DNA of 48,021 nucleotides from Bacteroidales bacterium. GTDB taxonomy: Bacteria > Bacteroidota > Bacteroidia > Bacteroidales > UBA12170. Below are positions 8,967-17,225 of this stretch, piece after piece. Every line of letters begins with the position of its first letter. Position 1 is the first letter of the stretch. A model generated the notes under the pieces. That model saw nothing but the letters and a program-made list of their open reading frames with translations. It was not told the DNA's origin and did no database searches. The position numbers were made by a program, and so were the translations under genes. The stretch covers positions 1 through 48,021 of the forward strand of contig DMBV01000051.1 of assembly GCA_003445975.1 (NCBI GenBank), in the 5' to 3' direction.

Positions 8967-9945
8967 GGCGCTTTTTAGAATTAAAGATGATACGTAAAGA
9001 AGCATGAATCAACAAAACAACTACCACAAGTCCGAATAAAATTATACTTATCGCATTCAGATAATAATTTCTGTTTGCTCCAATCACATACGATTCTTCT
9101 AGTATAGCATCGTTCGAAAAGCCTAAATCGCTTCGTTTATTCGTAAATTGATATTTGTACAAGGAGGCCAATAGCCGTGAATTCTTTGAATGGCATTCGA
9201 CGCATGATTTTACAGCCAATTCTTTTGGCAGTACATTGTGTGCTACCAATATTTCGTTGTTTATTTCGGTATGGCATTCAATGCAGCGCACTTTGCTAAA
9301 ATGTAAAACTTGATTTGGAAGCCATGCATGTGTTTCCAAAACATTTGGGTTGTCTTTGGTTGTAAGTAACTGATATTTACTTAAGTTGGCATGGCATGAC
9401 AGACAAATTTCGTTGTCGTATAAAATAAAATCGGCCACCTTCTCATTGGTTCGAGCGGAAATTTTATACGTATGGGGGTTGTGACACAACGAACAAGTAA
9501 AGTCATCCAAATGCTTAGACGAATGGACACTTTTGTGAAAGTCCTCTTCGATTTTTTCAAAATTATATTGAGAATGAGTATCATCGCCGGCATGGCAATC
9601 CATACATGAAAATTTTGGCTCCATACGTGCCTGACCGGAATGGGGAAATTCACCACATTCTGAAGAATGACAGTCGCCGCACAAGAAAGTTCGGTGGTTC
9701 GATGCGTAATACTCCAACGAATCAATAATAAAATAAGGATTCATACGCTGTTTGACTTCGCGTTCGGTGTTGGAGTTGAAGTACGAAAACGTAGAGTATC
9801 CATGACATTTAAAACATTCTTGATTTTGCTCGATGTTGGCAGGGTCTATCGCAATGGATTCTTCTTGTGCCAAAACAGTAGCAGTTGTTGCAAAAAGTAC
9901 AGAGAAAATCAGAAGTAAAGTGTAGATAACAAATCTCGATTTCAC
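8959..9945 (-). CDS. cbcA: CbcA-like heptaheme cytochrome c with a C-terminal membrane anchor
   Basis: 328 aa with signal peptide VLA|Q, seven CxxCH and a single C-terminal TM helix (ISIILFGLVVVVLLIHASL). Translationally coupled to the cytochrome b gene, as in Geobacter cbcAB. Confidence 0.75.
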   Translation of the reverse strand: MKSRFVIYTLLLIFSVLFATTATVLAQEESIAIDPANIEQNQECFKCHGYSTFSYFNSNTEREVKQRMNPYFIIDSLEYYASNHRTFLCGDCHSSECGEFPHSGQARMEPKFSCMDCHAGDDTHSQYNFEKIEEDFHKSVHSSKHLDDFTCSLCHNPHTYKISARTNEKVADFILYDNEICLSCHANLSKYQLLTTKDNPNVLETHAWLPNQVLHFSKVRCIECHTEINNEILVAHNVLPKELAVKSCVECHSKNSRLLASLYKYQFTNKRSDLGFSNDAILEESYVIGANRNYYLNAISIILFGLVVVVLLIHASLRIIFNSKKRHE

Positions 9946-9983
9946 AATTTTTAAATATTTTTATGTTTAGTAAATATAGGATG

Positions 9984-10048
9984 TAAAAGTATTTTTTTGT
10001 TATATTTATAACAATGATATTTGTCATCAATATATTGATATATGTCAA
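9984..10048 (-). promoter_or_regulatory. Promoter of cbcA-cbcB-c554: -7-like element, TGTTAT-N4-ATAACA palindrome and two FNR-like boxes
   Basis: TACTTTTA (minus strand, 9984-9991); TGTTAT-ATTT-ATAACA (9998-10013); ATGAT-ATTT-GTCAT (10014-10027); TTGAT-ATAT-GTCAA (10035-10048). Confidence 0.7.
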
Positions 10049-10398
10049 TTTATGAAAACCTATTTATCGAAATCCAATGCGAAAAATCCAAACATAATTT
10101 GGTTGGCGAGTCGATTTTTAAATGAGTATAATTAGTTGAATATGAATAATATGTAATAATACCAAAAGAGGGGCGTTTTGGTGATTCACCATCAAAAATT
10201 TAGAAAACCGAAGTTCATATTTTTCTAATTTTGCTAGTGCTAAAAATAAATTAGCTCTTTTTGTTGAGAAGCAGGATCGATTTAATGCTGGAATATCCCA
10301 CAGCCGTGATGAATTTTTCGGCATGCTTTTTTTTAAAAGACTTCTTTGGTGATTCGGCTCAAATTTGGCTGCTGAAAATAAAATTCTGCTCAAGGGAA

Positions 10399-11097
10399 TT
10401 AACTATTACTGATCTTGGTCAATGAATTTAATTTAACAATTTCCACTTGATTTCTGTTCACTTTGATAATGCCGGCGTCTTTCAGCTCCTTGAGCGTGCG
10501 AATAAAACTTTCTTTTGTCATGGCGGCTAGATCGGCCAAATCTTGACGGCTTAAGTTTAGTGTAAACCTTTCACTCTCATAAATTTCATTTTGTAAGTAT
10601 AGCAAAACTTCAGCTACTCGACCGGCCATGCTTTTATAAGTAAGATTGGCTAGTTTATGCGTAAACTGGATGCTGTTTTGATTTGTCAGCGTAATCATCT
10701 CAATAGCCATTACTTTGCTTTTTTCTATCACCGCTTCAATATCTTTTGTTGCAATCAAACAAAGATTCACATCTGTCAGAGCTTGAACAGTCAGATGATG
10801 AATGTTGTCGGTATATAGACCAATTCCGCTACAAATTCTTCCTGCTCCAACAATATTCACGAGCATATTGCTGCCTTCCGGTCGCTCGTAGTAAACTTTT
10901 GCCATTCCCTCTCTAAAACAGGCAAAATGAGTGAGAGCGGTGCCTTGTTTAAAGATAACTTCCCCAGCTTTAAAAACAACTTCTTTGCGTTCCGAATGGA
11001 GCTCGTTGAATTCAGTTTTGGATAGTTTTCGAAATAAGGGTGGGGTGCTTTCGCAGCAGCAAATAGTACACGTTCCGTAATGAATACAATCTCTCAT
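10399..11097 (-). CDS. Crp/Fnr family transcriptional regulator with a Cys-rich N-terminus
   Basis: cNMP-binding-like domain (FKAGEVIFKQG...EGMAKVY) and HTH LSRQDLADLAAMTKESFIRTL. The N-terminus MRDCIHYGTCTICCC has five Cys. Confidence 0.9.
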   Translation of the reverse strand: MRDCIHYGTCTICCCESTPPLFRKLSKTEFNELHSERKEVVFKAGEVIFKQGTALTHFACFREGMAKVYYERPEGSNMLVNIVGAGRICSGIGLYTDNIHHLTVQALTDVNLCLIATKDIEAVIEKSKVMAIEMITLTNQNSIQFTHKLANLTYKSMAGRVAEVLLYLQNEIYESERFTLNLSRQDLADLAAMTKESFIRTLKELKDAGIIKVNRNQVEIVKLNSLTKISNS

Positions 11098-11340
11098 GGT
11101 ATTTGGATGTCTAAAAACCGATTCAAATTGTTATGAAACCCAAATTTAGAAACATTTGCGATAAGTATTCATAAAATAACAAATAATTAAATATTTAGAT
11201 ATGAATTTATCTGCATTTGTAAATCATTTCTTTTTTTCGCCCTCTTTTTTCTTAAGTTCCTGTTTTATTCTAGCTTTTCTAAGAAAGCAAAAAAATAGCT
11301 TAAACTCGATTAACTCACCTCACTTTACAAGAAGACGAAA

Positions 11341-11384
11341 CTGACATATATCAACTGTCCTATAAGGAAATTTCGATAATTTTG
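11341..11384 (+). promoter_or_regulatory. Promoter of the NHL / 12-heme unit: FNR-like box plus -7 element
   Basis: CTGAC-ATAT-ATCAA (11341-11354), a 22-nt spacer, then TAATTTTG (11377-11384). Confidence 0.7.
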
Positions 11385-11421
11385 TAATTATTCGTGGAAA
11401 TTAGAATTAGGCTCACAAGAC

Positions 11422-12426
11422 ATGATGAAGTTTGGAATGGGATTGTTATTTTTCTTTGTTCTGCAGTCGGCTATGGCTCAAAGGACTTCGAGTGTTCAGA
11501 ACAATTTGGTTACGGATAATATACTCATCCAATGGATAAATCAATACCCCAGTCCAGGCAATAAGAATACCCACAGGTCTTTTTTTGAACAAGTAGCTCG
11601 CATTGTTTTTGGTAAGAAAAGCGGATTAAACATTCGAAAACCGAATGCCGTTCTAGCCAAAAGTCCTATTTCTTATACTATCATGGATCAGGGAAATGAG
11701 GTTCTTTTCAATGTTGAAAATGAGGAAATGCGAATTCCTAAAGGATTCAAAAAAACAAAATTTTATTTCCCTTCCTTGGTAAGTATGTGTTATCTTTCAA
11801 GCACTCTGGTCTTGTTTACGGATTCCAAATTGAATCAGCTATTTTTGTTAGACCAAGTCCGCGAAACTTTAGGATTGTTCAACACAGACATAATACTCAA
11901 TCAGCCAACCGGAATTGCTTATTCTGTTTTGAGTAATGAAATTTGGGTTGTTGAGACGGGCGCTCACCGCATTCAAATATTTACCGAAAAGGGAGCACTT
12001 GTAAAAACAATTGGCGGTAGAGGTTCTGAGCCAGGTGAATTCAATTATCCTACGGCCATCTGGATTGATAAAAATGGAAAGGCTTATATTATCGATTCGA
12101 TGAATTTTAGAATTCAGGTGTTTGATTCCGCCGGAAAGCTTGTTTCGGTTTTTGGGGAACCAGGCGATGCTAGTGGCTATTTTGCCCGGCCAAAAGGAAT
12201 TGCTACCGATTCGTTTGGGAATATATATATTACGGATGCTTTGTTTCATACAGTTCAAATTTTCGACTTGTCGGGCAATTATTTATATAATTTTGGAGAA
12301 CAAGGCAGAGGAAACGGACAGTTTTGGATGCCTTCAGGTATTTTTATTGATGAGAATAATTTTATTTATATAGCAGATAGTTACAATTCAAGGATTCAAG
12401 TATTTCAACTTAATAAAAATGAGTAA
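11422..12426 (+). CDS. NHL-repeat 6-bladed beta-propeller protein (secreted)
   Basis: Signal peptide AMA|Q and repeated NHL motifs (GEFNYPTAIWID..G..YI.DS.N.RIQVF, FARPKGIATD, FWMPSGIFID). Confidence 0.88.
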   Translation: MMKFGMGLLFFFVLQSAMAQRTSSVQNNLVTDNILIQWINQYPSPGNKNTHRSFFEQVARIVFGKKSGLNIRKPNAVLAKSPISYTIMDQGNEVLFNVENEEMRIPKGFKKTKFYFPSLVSMCYLSSTLVLFTDSKLNQLFLLDQVRETLGLFNTDIILNQPTGIAYSVLSNEIWVVETGAHRIQIFTEKGALVKTIGGRGSEPGEFNYPTAIWIDKNGKAYIIDSMNFRIQVFDSAGKLVSVFGEPGDASGYFARPKGIATDSFGNIYITDALFHTVQIFDLSGNYLYNFGEQGRGNGQFWMPSGIFIDENNFIYIADSYNSRIQVFQLNKNE

Positions 12427-14101
12427 AATGAAGAGAACTACATTTCTTATACTACTTGGATTGATTTATTTTTCTTTATCAGTTAACGCTCAGTCAATTA
12501 GAACCACAAAGCATAATTTGTCGGTTACAAGCCCGGGAACTATCAAAGCCACCACGGAAAGCGAAATCTGCATTTTTTGTCATACTCCACACAATAGTAC
12601 ACCCAAGGTTCCATTGTGGAATAGAAACGTAGCAGGAAGTGTTTATACCTTGTACACAAGTTCTACCTTGAACGCCACCGAAGGTCAGCCCGATGGAGCT
12701 TCTATTTTATGCCTTTCCTGTCATGATGGATCGATCGCTTTGGGGAGTGTTGTGAGTAGAATTTCTCCGATAGATATGACGCTTGCATTGAGTTCAGACG
12801 CAAATTTATCAACCGATTTATCAAACGATCATCCAATTTCGTTTTTGTATAATAGTACATTGGCTACCTCTGACGGGCAATTGAGAACTCCGCCATTAAC
12901 TACAACGCACCTCGATAACAATTCAAAATTACAATGTTCGTCCTGCCATGACCCGCACAAAGACCTTTATCCTAATTTTTTGTTGGCATCAAATCTAAAT
13001 TCAGGACTTTGTATTTTGTGTCACAGCAGAACGTATTGGGCGAGCTGCACACATGCTTCTTCGAGCAAGACTTGGAATGGCTCGGGCTTAAATCCTTGGG
13101 CACATATCGAAACTCCTTACCCTACAGTTTCACAAAACGCATGTGCCAATTGCCATAATGTGCACAATGCCAATGGAAAACTTCGCTTGCTTAAATTAGT
13201 TCCAGAAGAAAGTAACTGCCTAGATTGCCACAATGGAAATGTAGCCAGCAAAAATATTCAATCACAGTTTGCCAAAATATATAAACATAATATATATGGA
13301 TACAATAATATTCACGATCCCGCCGAAGCGACTTCGGTAACAACAAAACATGTTGAATGTCAGGATTGTCATAATTCCCACGCATCGAATGCGAGCACGG
13401 CCACTGCGCCTTTTGTTTCGGGGTATAATGTTGGTGTAAGTGGGATAAATCAGAGTGGTGTAGCTGTATCGTCGGTGAGTAATACTTACGAAATATGCTA
13501 TAAGTGTCACGCTGGCAATTCTTGGTCGCCACCGGCTGCTTTGCCGCGAAAAATAAGTCAGAATAATGTTCGATTGGAATTTGCCACCGGAAATCCGTCG
13601 TTTCATCCGGTAGTTGGATCTACCATTACCAACTCGCCAAGCATAATTCCGCCCCTCACTACGGGCTCTAAAATTTATTGCACTAATTGCCACGGAAGTG
13701 ATAATAGCAGCGACCCCAGAGGTCCTCACGGCTCCTTGTATCCGCAAATATTGAAATTGCAATATACAAGCATTGATAATACAGTTGAATCGCCTACGGC
13801 GTATGCGCTTTGTTACAGCTGCCACAGCAGAACCAGTATTTTGAGCGACAATACGTTTAAAAAACATTTTGTTCACGTAGTTACTGCAAAAACCCCATGC
13901 AGCGTTTGCCACGACGCGCACGGAATAAGTAATATACAAGGCAATAGCACCAATAATTCACATCTTATCAATTTTAGAACAGATGTGGTGGTAGGTATAG
14001 GCGCTTTATTGCGTTTGGAGTTTGTGGATAGAGGCGACCGAAGTGGATATTGTGTTTTAAAATGCCACAATAAAGTACATGGTTCTGGAATGTCCTATTA
14101 G
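12419..14101 (+). CDS. 12-heme cytochrome c: N-terminal OmcE-like tetraheme module fused to an 8-heme extension
   Basis: 11 CxxCH plus C-terminal CVLKCH. The N-terminal SIRTTKHNLS, CIFCHTPHN, PLWNR, LCLSCHDG, TDLSNDHPISF and CSSCHDPH mirror OmcE motifs. The start overlaps the NHL stop. Confidence 0.8.
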   Translation: MSKMKRTTFLILLGLIYFSLSVNAQSIRTTKHNLSVTSPGTIKATTESEICIFCHTPHNSTPKVPLWNRNVAGSVYTLYTSSTLNATEGQPDGASILCLSCHDGSIALGSVVSRISPIDMTLALSSDANLSTDLSNDHPISFLYNSTLATSDGQLRTPPLTTTHLDNNSKLQCSSCHDPHKDLYPNFLLASNLNSGLCILCHSRTYWASCTHASSSKTWNGSGLNPWAHIETPYPTVSQNACANCHNVHNANGKLRLLKLVPEESNCLDCHNGNVASKNIQSQFAKIYKHNIYGYNNIHDPAEATSVTTKHVECQDCHNSHASNASTATAPFVSGYNVGVSGINQSGVAVSSVSNTYEICYKCHAGNSWSPPAALPRKISQNNVRLEFATGNPSFHPVVGSTITNSPSIIPPLTTGSKIYCTNCHGSDNSSDPRGPHGSLYPQILKLQYTSIDNTVESPTAYALCYSCHSRTSILSDNTFKKHFVHVVTAKTPCSVCHDAHGISNIQGNSTNNSHLINFRTDVVVGIGALLRLEFVDRGDRSGYCVLKCHNKVHGSGMSY

Positions 14102-14146
14102 CTATTTTGTTTTTTTTAATCGAAATCATAAAAAAATACATGTAAA

Positions 14147-14205
14147 TTGATATATATCAACGAATAAGTGAATATTTTGTTATACATTTGTGAAAAATAT
14201 AACAG
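14147..14205 (+). promoter_or_regulatory. Promoter of the OmcE-like gene: perfect FNR box, -7 element and a Rex/CRP-like palindrome over the start site
   Basis: TTGAT-ATAT-ATCAA (14147-14160), a 22-nt spacer, TACATTTG (14183-14190), then TTGTGAA-AAAT-ATAACAG (14188-14205). Confidence 0.8.
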
Positions 14206-14237
14206 TGTTTAATTAATAACATATAACTATTTGCCTT

Positions 14238-14864
14238 ATGAAAACTTTAAATTTACTCGCTGCATTTTGTTTTGCGGTGTTTTTTTCGACAATGGGTTTT
14301 GGTCAAATTGCCGGATCTGCCCATGATTTCACTACTGAGAGCTGGAACTCCTCCGGTGAAATGTGTAATGCTTGCCATACACCACACAATTCGTTAACAA
14401 TTGCCGATGCTCCGTTGTGGGATCACCAAGTGAGTGTTGCCACTTTTACACTTTACACTTCCCCAACTATGAATGGAACATTTGGTGTAGGTGCACAGCC
14501 CTCAGGATCGTCAAAATTGTGCTTAAGCTGTCATGATGGGACAGTAGCTCTTGACAACTTTGGTGGAGTTACCACGGGAACTAATTTTATTACAGGTGTT
14601 GGTAATGTTGGCATTGATTTATCTAATGACCATCCAGTTTCTTTTACTTACGATGCTGCTTTGGCTACTGCTGATGGTGGTTTGTTCAACCCAACCACAG
14701 CAAATAGCGGTCTGGGTAGCACGGTCACTGCCGACTTGTTGTATGCCGGAAAAGTAGAATGTTCTTCTTGTCACGATGTGCACAGAGGCGGAAGTGCAAC
14801 AGGAAAATTATTGGTTAAGTCGAATGCTGCAAGTGCGCTTTGTTTAACATGTCACGACAAATAG
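14238..14864 (+). CDS. omcE: OmcE-like tetraheme cytochrome c, candidate cytochrome nanowire subunit
   Basis: 208 aa with a Sec signal and four CxxCH. The motif order SAHDF, CNACHTPHN, PLWD, FTLYTS.TMN, SKLCLSCHDG, DLSNDHPVSF, ECSSCHDVH and terminal LCLTCHDK matches Geobacter OmcE as recalled. Four conserved distal His allow bis-His ligation of all hemes. Confidence 0.82.
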   Translation: MKTLNLLAAFCFAVFFSTMGFGQIAGSAHDFTTESWNSSGEMCNACHTPHNSLTIADAPLWDHQVSVATFTLYTSPTMNGTFGVGAQPSGSSKLCLSCHDGTVALDNFGGVTTGTNFITGVGNVGIDLSNDHPVSFTYDAALATADGGLFNPTTANSGLGSTVTADLLYAGKVECSSCHDVHRGGSATGKLLVKSNAASALCLTCHDK

Positions 14865-14884
14865 GGTGACTTATTCACGACATT

Positions 14885-14920
14885 AAATCCAAAGGAGGCC
14901 ATCGCCTCCTTTGGATTTTT
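14885..14920 (+). terminator. Strong intrinsic terminator after the OmcE-like gene
   Basis: Perfect 15-bp stem AAATCCAAAGGAGGC-CATC-GCCTCCTTTGGATTT ending in a T-run, 20 nt past the stop. Confidence 0.85.
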
Positions 14921-15175
14921 CATAATTCGCTTACTGATAGTGTGATGAAGCTTACTTATAAAAGGTGGTTTTTTTGTATTGTCGTTTTTATTTAAAATTC
15001 GCACAAGCTTAAATCAGTATTTGCTACTTACGACATTTTTTGGGAACGGCTATGCCTGTTTTTTTGTTAAACCCTAATTGTTAATTACTTAAAACAAGTT
15101 TTGTTCGAATCGAAAAATAAATACACTATCTTTAAAGAAAAACTATACGATTGCAAATTTAAAGAATCCCAACTA

Positions 15176-16276
15176 ATGAAAACTAAACTAAATCTCTCCT
15201 CCATTTTATTACTTCTCTTTCCGCTATTTTTTATTTCGTGTTCGCCTCGTCTAAAAAAGGAGATTGCTGTTGAGTCTGTTTTATATCCTGCAGCCCCTAG
15301 TGTGGCAAAAATTCAGTACCTTACAAGTATTAGCAATTCTTTGCAGATTACAAAAAAGCAAACTTCCTTACAGAAGACGGTGGTTGGCGAGAAAAAAGGA
15401 ATGCCAATTTACAAGCCGTATGGTGTATTTATCCGAAACGGAAAGCTTTATATCTGCGATATTTCTTTAGGTGGATTAGAAATCATCGATTTGGAGAATA
15501 AGGACTTTCAGTATTTTGTGCCACAAGGTGTCAATAGTCTGAAAATGGCCATCAACGTTTTTGTTGATTTGGATAATACGCGCTATATTGTAGATGCGGA
15601 TTTGCATCGGGTAGTTATTTTTGATGAATCTGGAAAATACCAAACCGCCTTTGGCTTTGATGAAAATACCAAGCCCACAGGAGTCTTTGTTTATAAAACC
15701 GAAATTTTTGTGGTTGATTCGGAAAATCATCGGGTGAATGTTTATGATAAACAAGACAAAAGCTTTAAGTTTTATTTCCCAAAATCCAATCCCGGCGACG
15801 ACAATTTTTTGTACAAGCCAACAAACCTCACCGTGGAAAACGACAAAGTTTATGTTAGTGATTTAGGTGCCGGTGATGTTAAGATTTATTCCTTAAACGG
15901 AAAATATTTAAGAAAAATTGGGCAATATGGTAGGAATATTGGAGATTTTGTTCGCCCCAAAGGAGTGGCAGTAGATCGGGAGGAGAATTTGTATGTTGTA
16001 GATGCAAGTTTCGAAAATATTCAGATATTTAATAAAGAAGGGAAATTGCTTATGTTTTTTGGAGGCCATTATGAAGGCGCGGGCGGAATGTGGTTGCCTA
16101 CCAGCGTAGTGATCGATTATGATAATTTAGCGTATTTCGAAAAATATGTGGACCCCAAATATAAATTGGAATATTTAATTATTGTAGCCAATCAGTTTGG
16201 TCCAGATAAGGTAAATATTTATGGGCGTATTAATCCTATTGTCGAGAAAGCGGACGTTGGTAAAAATAAAAACTAA
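15176..16276 (+). CDS. NHL-repeat beta-propeller lipoprotein
   Basis: Start re-called at ATG 15176 (366 aa). Lipobox FFISC and NHL blades (KPYGV, KPTNL, GDFVRPKGVAVD, GGMWLPTSV). Confidence 0.85.
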   Translation: MKTKLNLSSILLLLFPLFFISCSPRLKKEIAVESVLYPAAPSVAKIQYLTSISNSLQITKKQTSLQKTVVGEKKGMPIYKPYGVFIRNGKLYICDISLGGLEIIDLENKDFQYFVPQGVNSLKMAINVFVDLDNTRYIVDADLHRVVIFDESGKYQTAFGFDENTKPTGVFVYKTEIFVVDSENHRVNVYDKQDKSFKFYFPKSNPGDDNFLYKPTNLTVENDKVYVSDLGAGDVKIYSLNGKYLRKIGQYGRNIGDFVRPKGVAVDREENLYVVDASFENIQIFNKEGKLLMFFGGHYEGAGGMWLPTSVVIDYDNLAYFEKYVDPKYKLEYLIIVANQFGPDKVNIYGRINPIVEKADVGKNKN

Positions 16277-16373
16277 TGTTCTCGCCCGGAATAATTACGG
16301 AGGTGTTGTTTTCTTTTACGAAGAAGTAAGAATTGATAATTAAATAAACTGTACACTAAATACTGACTAAAAC

Positions 16374-17216
16374 TTGAAAAACGTGAAGGCCAAATATATT
16401 TATTATATTTTCTTTACAATTTCATTCATTTGGTCTTGTTCGCCAAAACAGAGTTATACGATTAAGTCGTTTTTTTTCGACGGCGTTCCAAATCCATTTC
16501 TTGAAGAAGTGGCTATTCTGGAAGACAGTTCTCAACTTAGCCTCGCTGGTACAAATAATGATATTGCAACTGTCATGGTACCAAAAGAGGAGTTTATTCT
16601 TCACGAGCCTTACAAAACGCGAGATTGCTCGAGCTGTCACGACAGAAATCAAATGGGAAAACTCAAACTGCCTACTCCAAATCTGTGCAATCTATGTCAC
16701 GAAGATTTCACTATAACCTTTCCCGTTGTTCACGGACCAGTAGTTTCGGGAAGCTGTTCGCAGTGTCACGAGCCGCATCAGTCGAAATTAAAAAGTTTAT
16801 TAAAACAGCCCACTCAGGAGCTTTGTATTGCTTGTCACGAAACTCATTTTAGTGAAGAAAACCGCATTCACAAATCAGTATCTGAGAAAATTTGTACGGA
16901 ATGCCACGATCCACACGGCGGGAAGGATAGATTCTTGTTGGAATCGGGAATTTGCTACAAATGCCACACCGATTTTGAAAGCAAATTTAAAATTTTGCAT
17001 GGCCCCGTTTATACACAATCCTGTTTCCTTTGTCATGGAACTCATGCCAGCAAAACGGAAAAATTATTGATCAAACCGGTGAATGAGTTGTGTTTAGGAT
17101 GCCATGAAAGCAACGCTATTTTTTCGGGCAGTTACCATATTGGTGCCGAAAAAGCGGAGTGTACTAGTTGTCATAGTCCGCATGGCGGCTCCGATTTCAA
17201 ATTACTTTTAAACTAG
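16374..17216 (+). CDS. Nonaheme cytochrome c, doubled-CxxCH (cytochrome c3 / DmsE-like) family, probable lipoprotein
   Basis: TTG start, possible lipobox FIWSC, an FFFDGVP motif, and nine CxxCH in repeated HGPV..G.C..CH.PH.S...LL......LC..CH units. Confidence 0.82.
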   Translation: MKNVKAKYIYYIFFTISFIWSCSPKQSYTIKSFFFDGVPNPFLEEVAILEDSSQLSLAGTNNDIATVMVPKEEFILHEPYKTRDCSSCHDRNQMGKLKLPTPNLCNLCHEDFTITFPVVHGPVVSGSCSQCHEPHQSKLKSLLKQPTQELCIACHETHFSEENRIHKSVSEKICTECHDPHGGKDRFLLESGICYKCHTDFESKFKILHGPVYTQSCFLCHGTHASKTEKLLIKPVNELCLGCHESNAIFSGSYHIGAEKAECTSCHSPHGGSDFKLLLN

Positions 17217-17225
17217 TCAGGCGCT

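Noticed and set aside
10118-10393. 91-aa ORF between the regulator and cbcA
   Set aside because: TTG start, no motif or signal, and low-complexity composition. A small protein cannot be fully excluded.
14238-14864. OmcS or OmcZ nanowire assignment
   Set aside because: Four hemes and 208 aa fit OmcE; OmcS is hexaheme and OmcZ octaheme.
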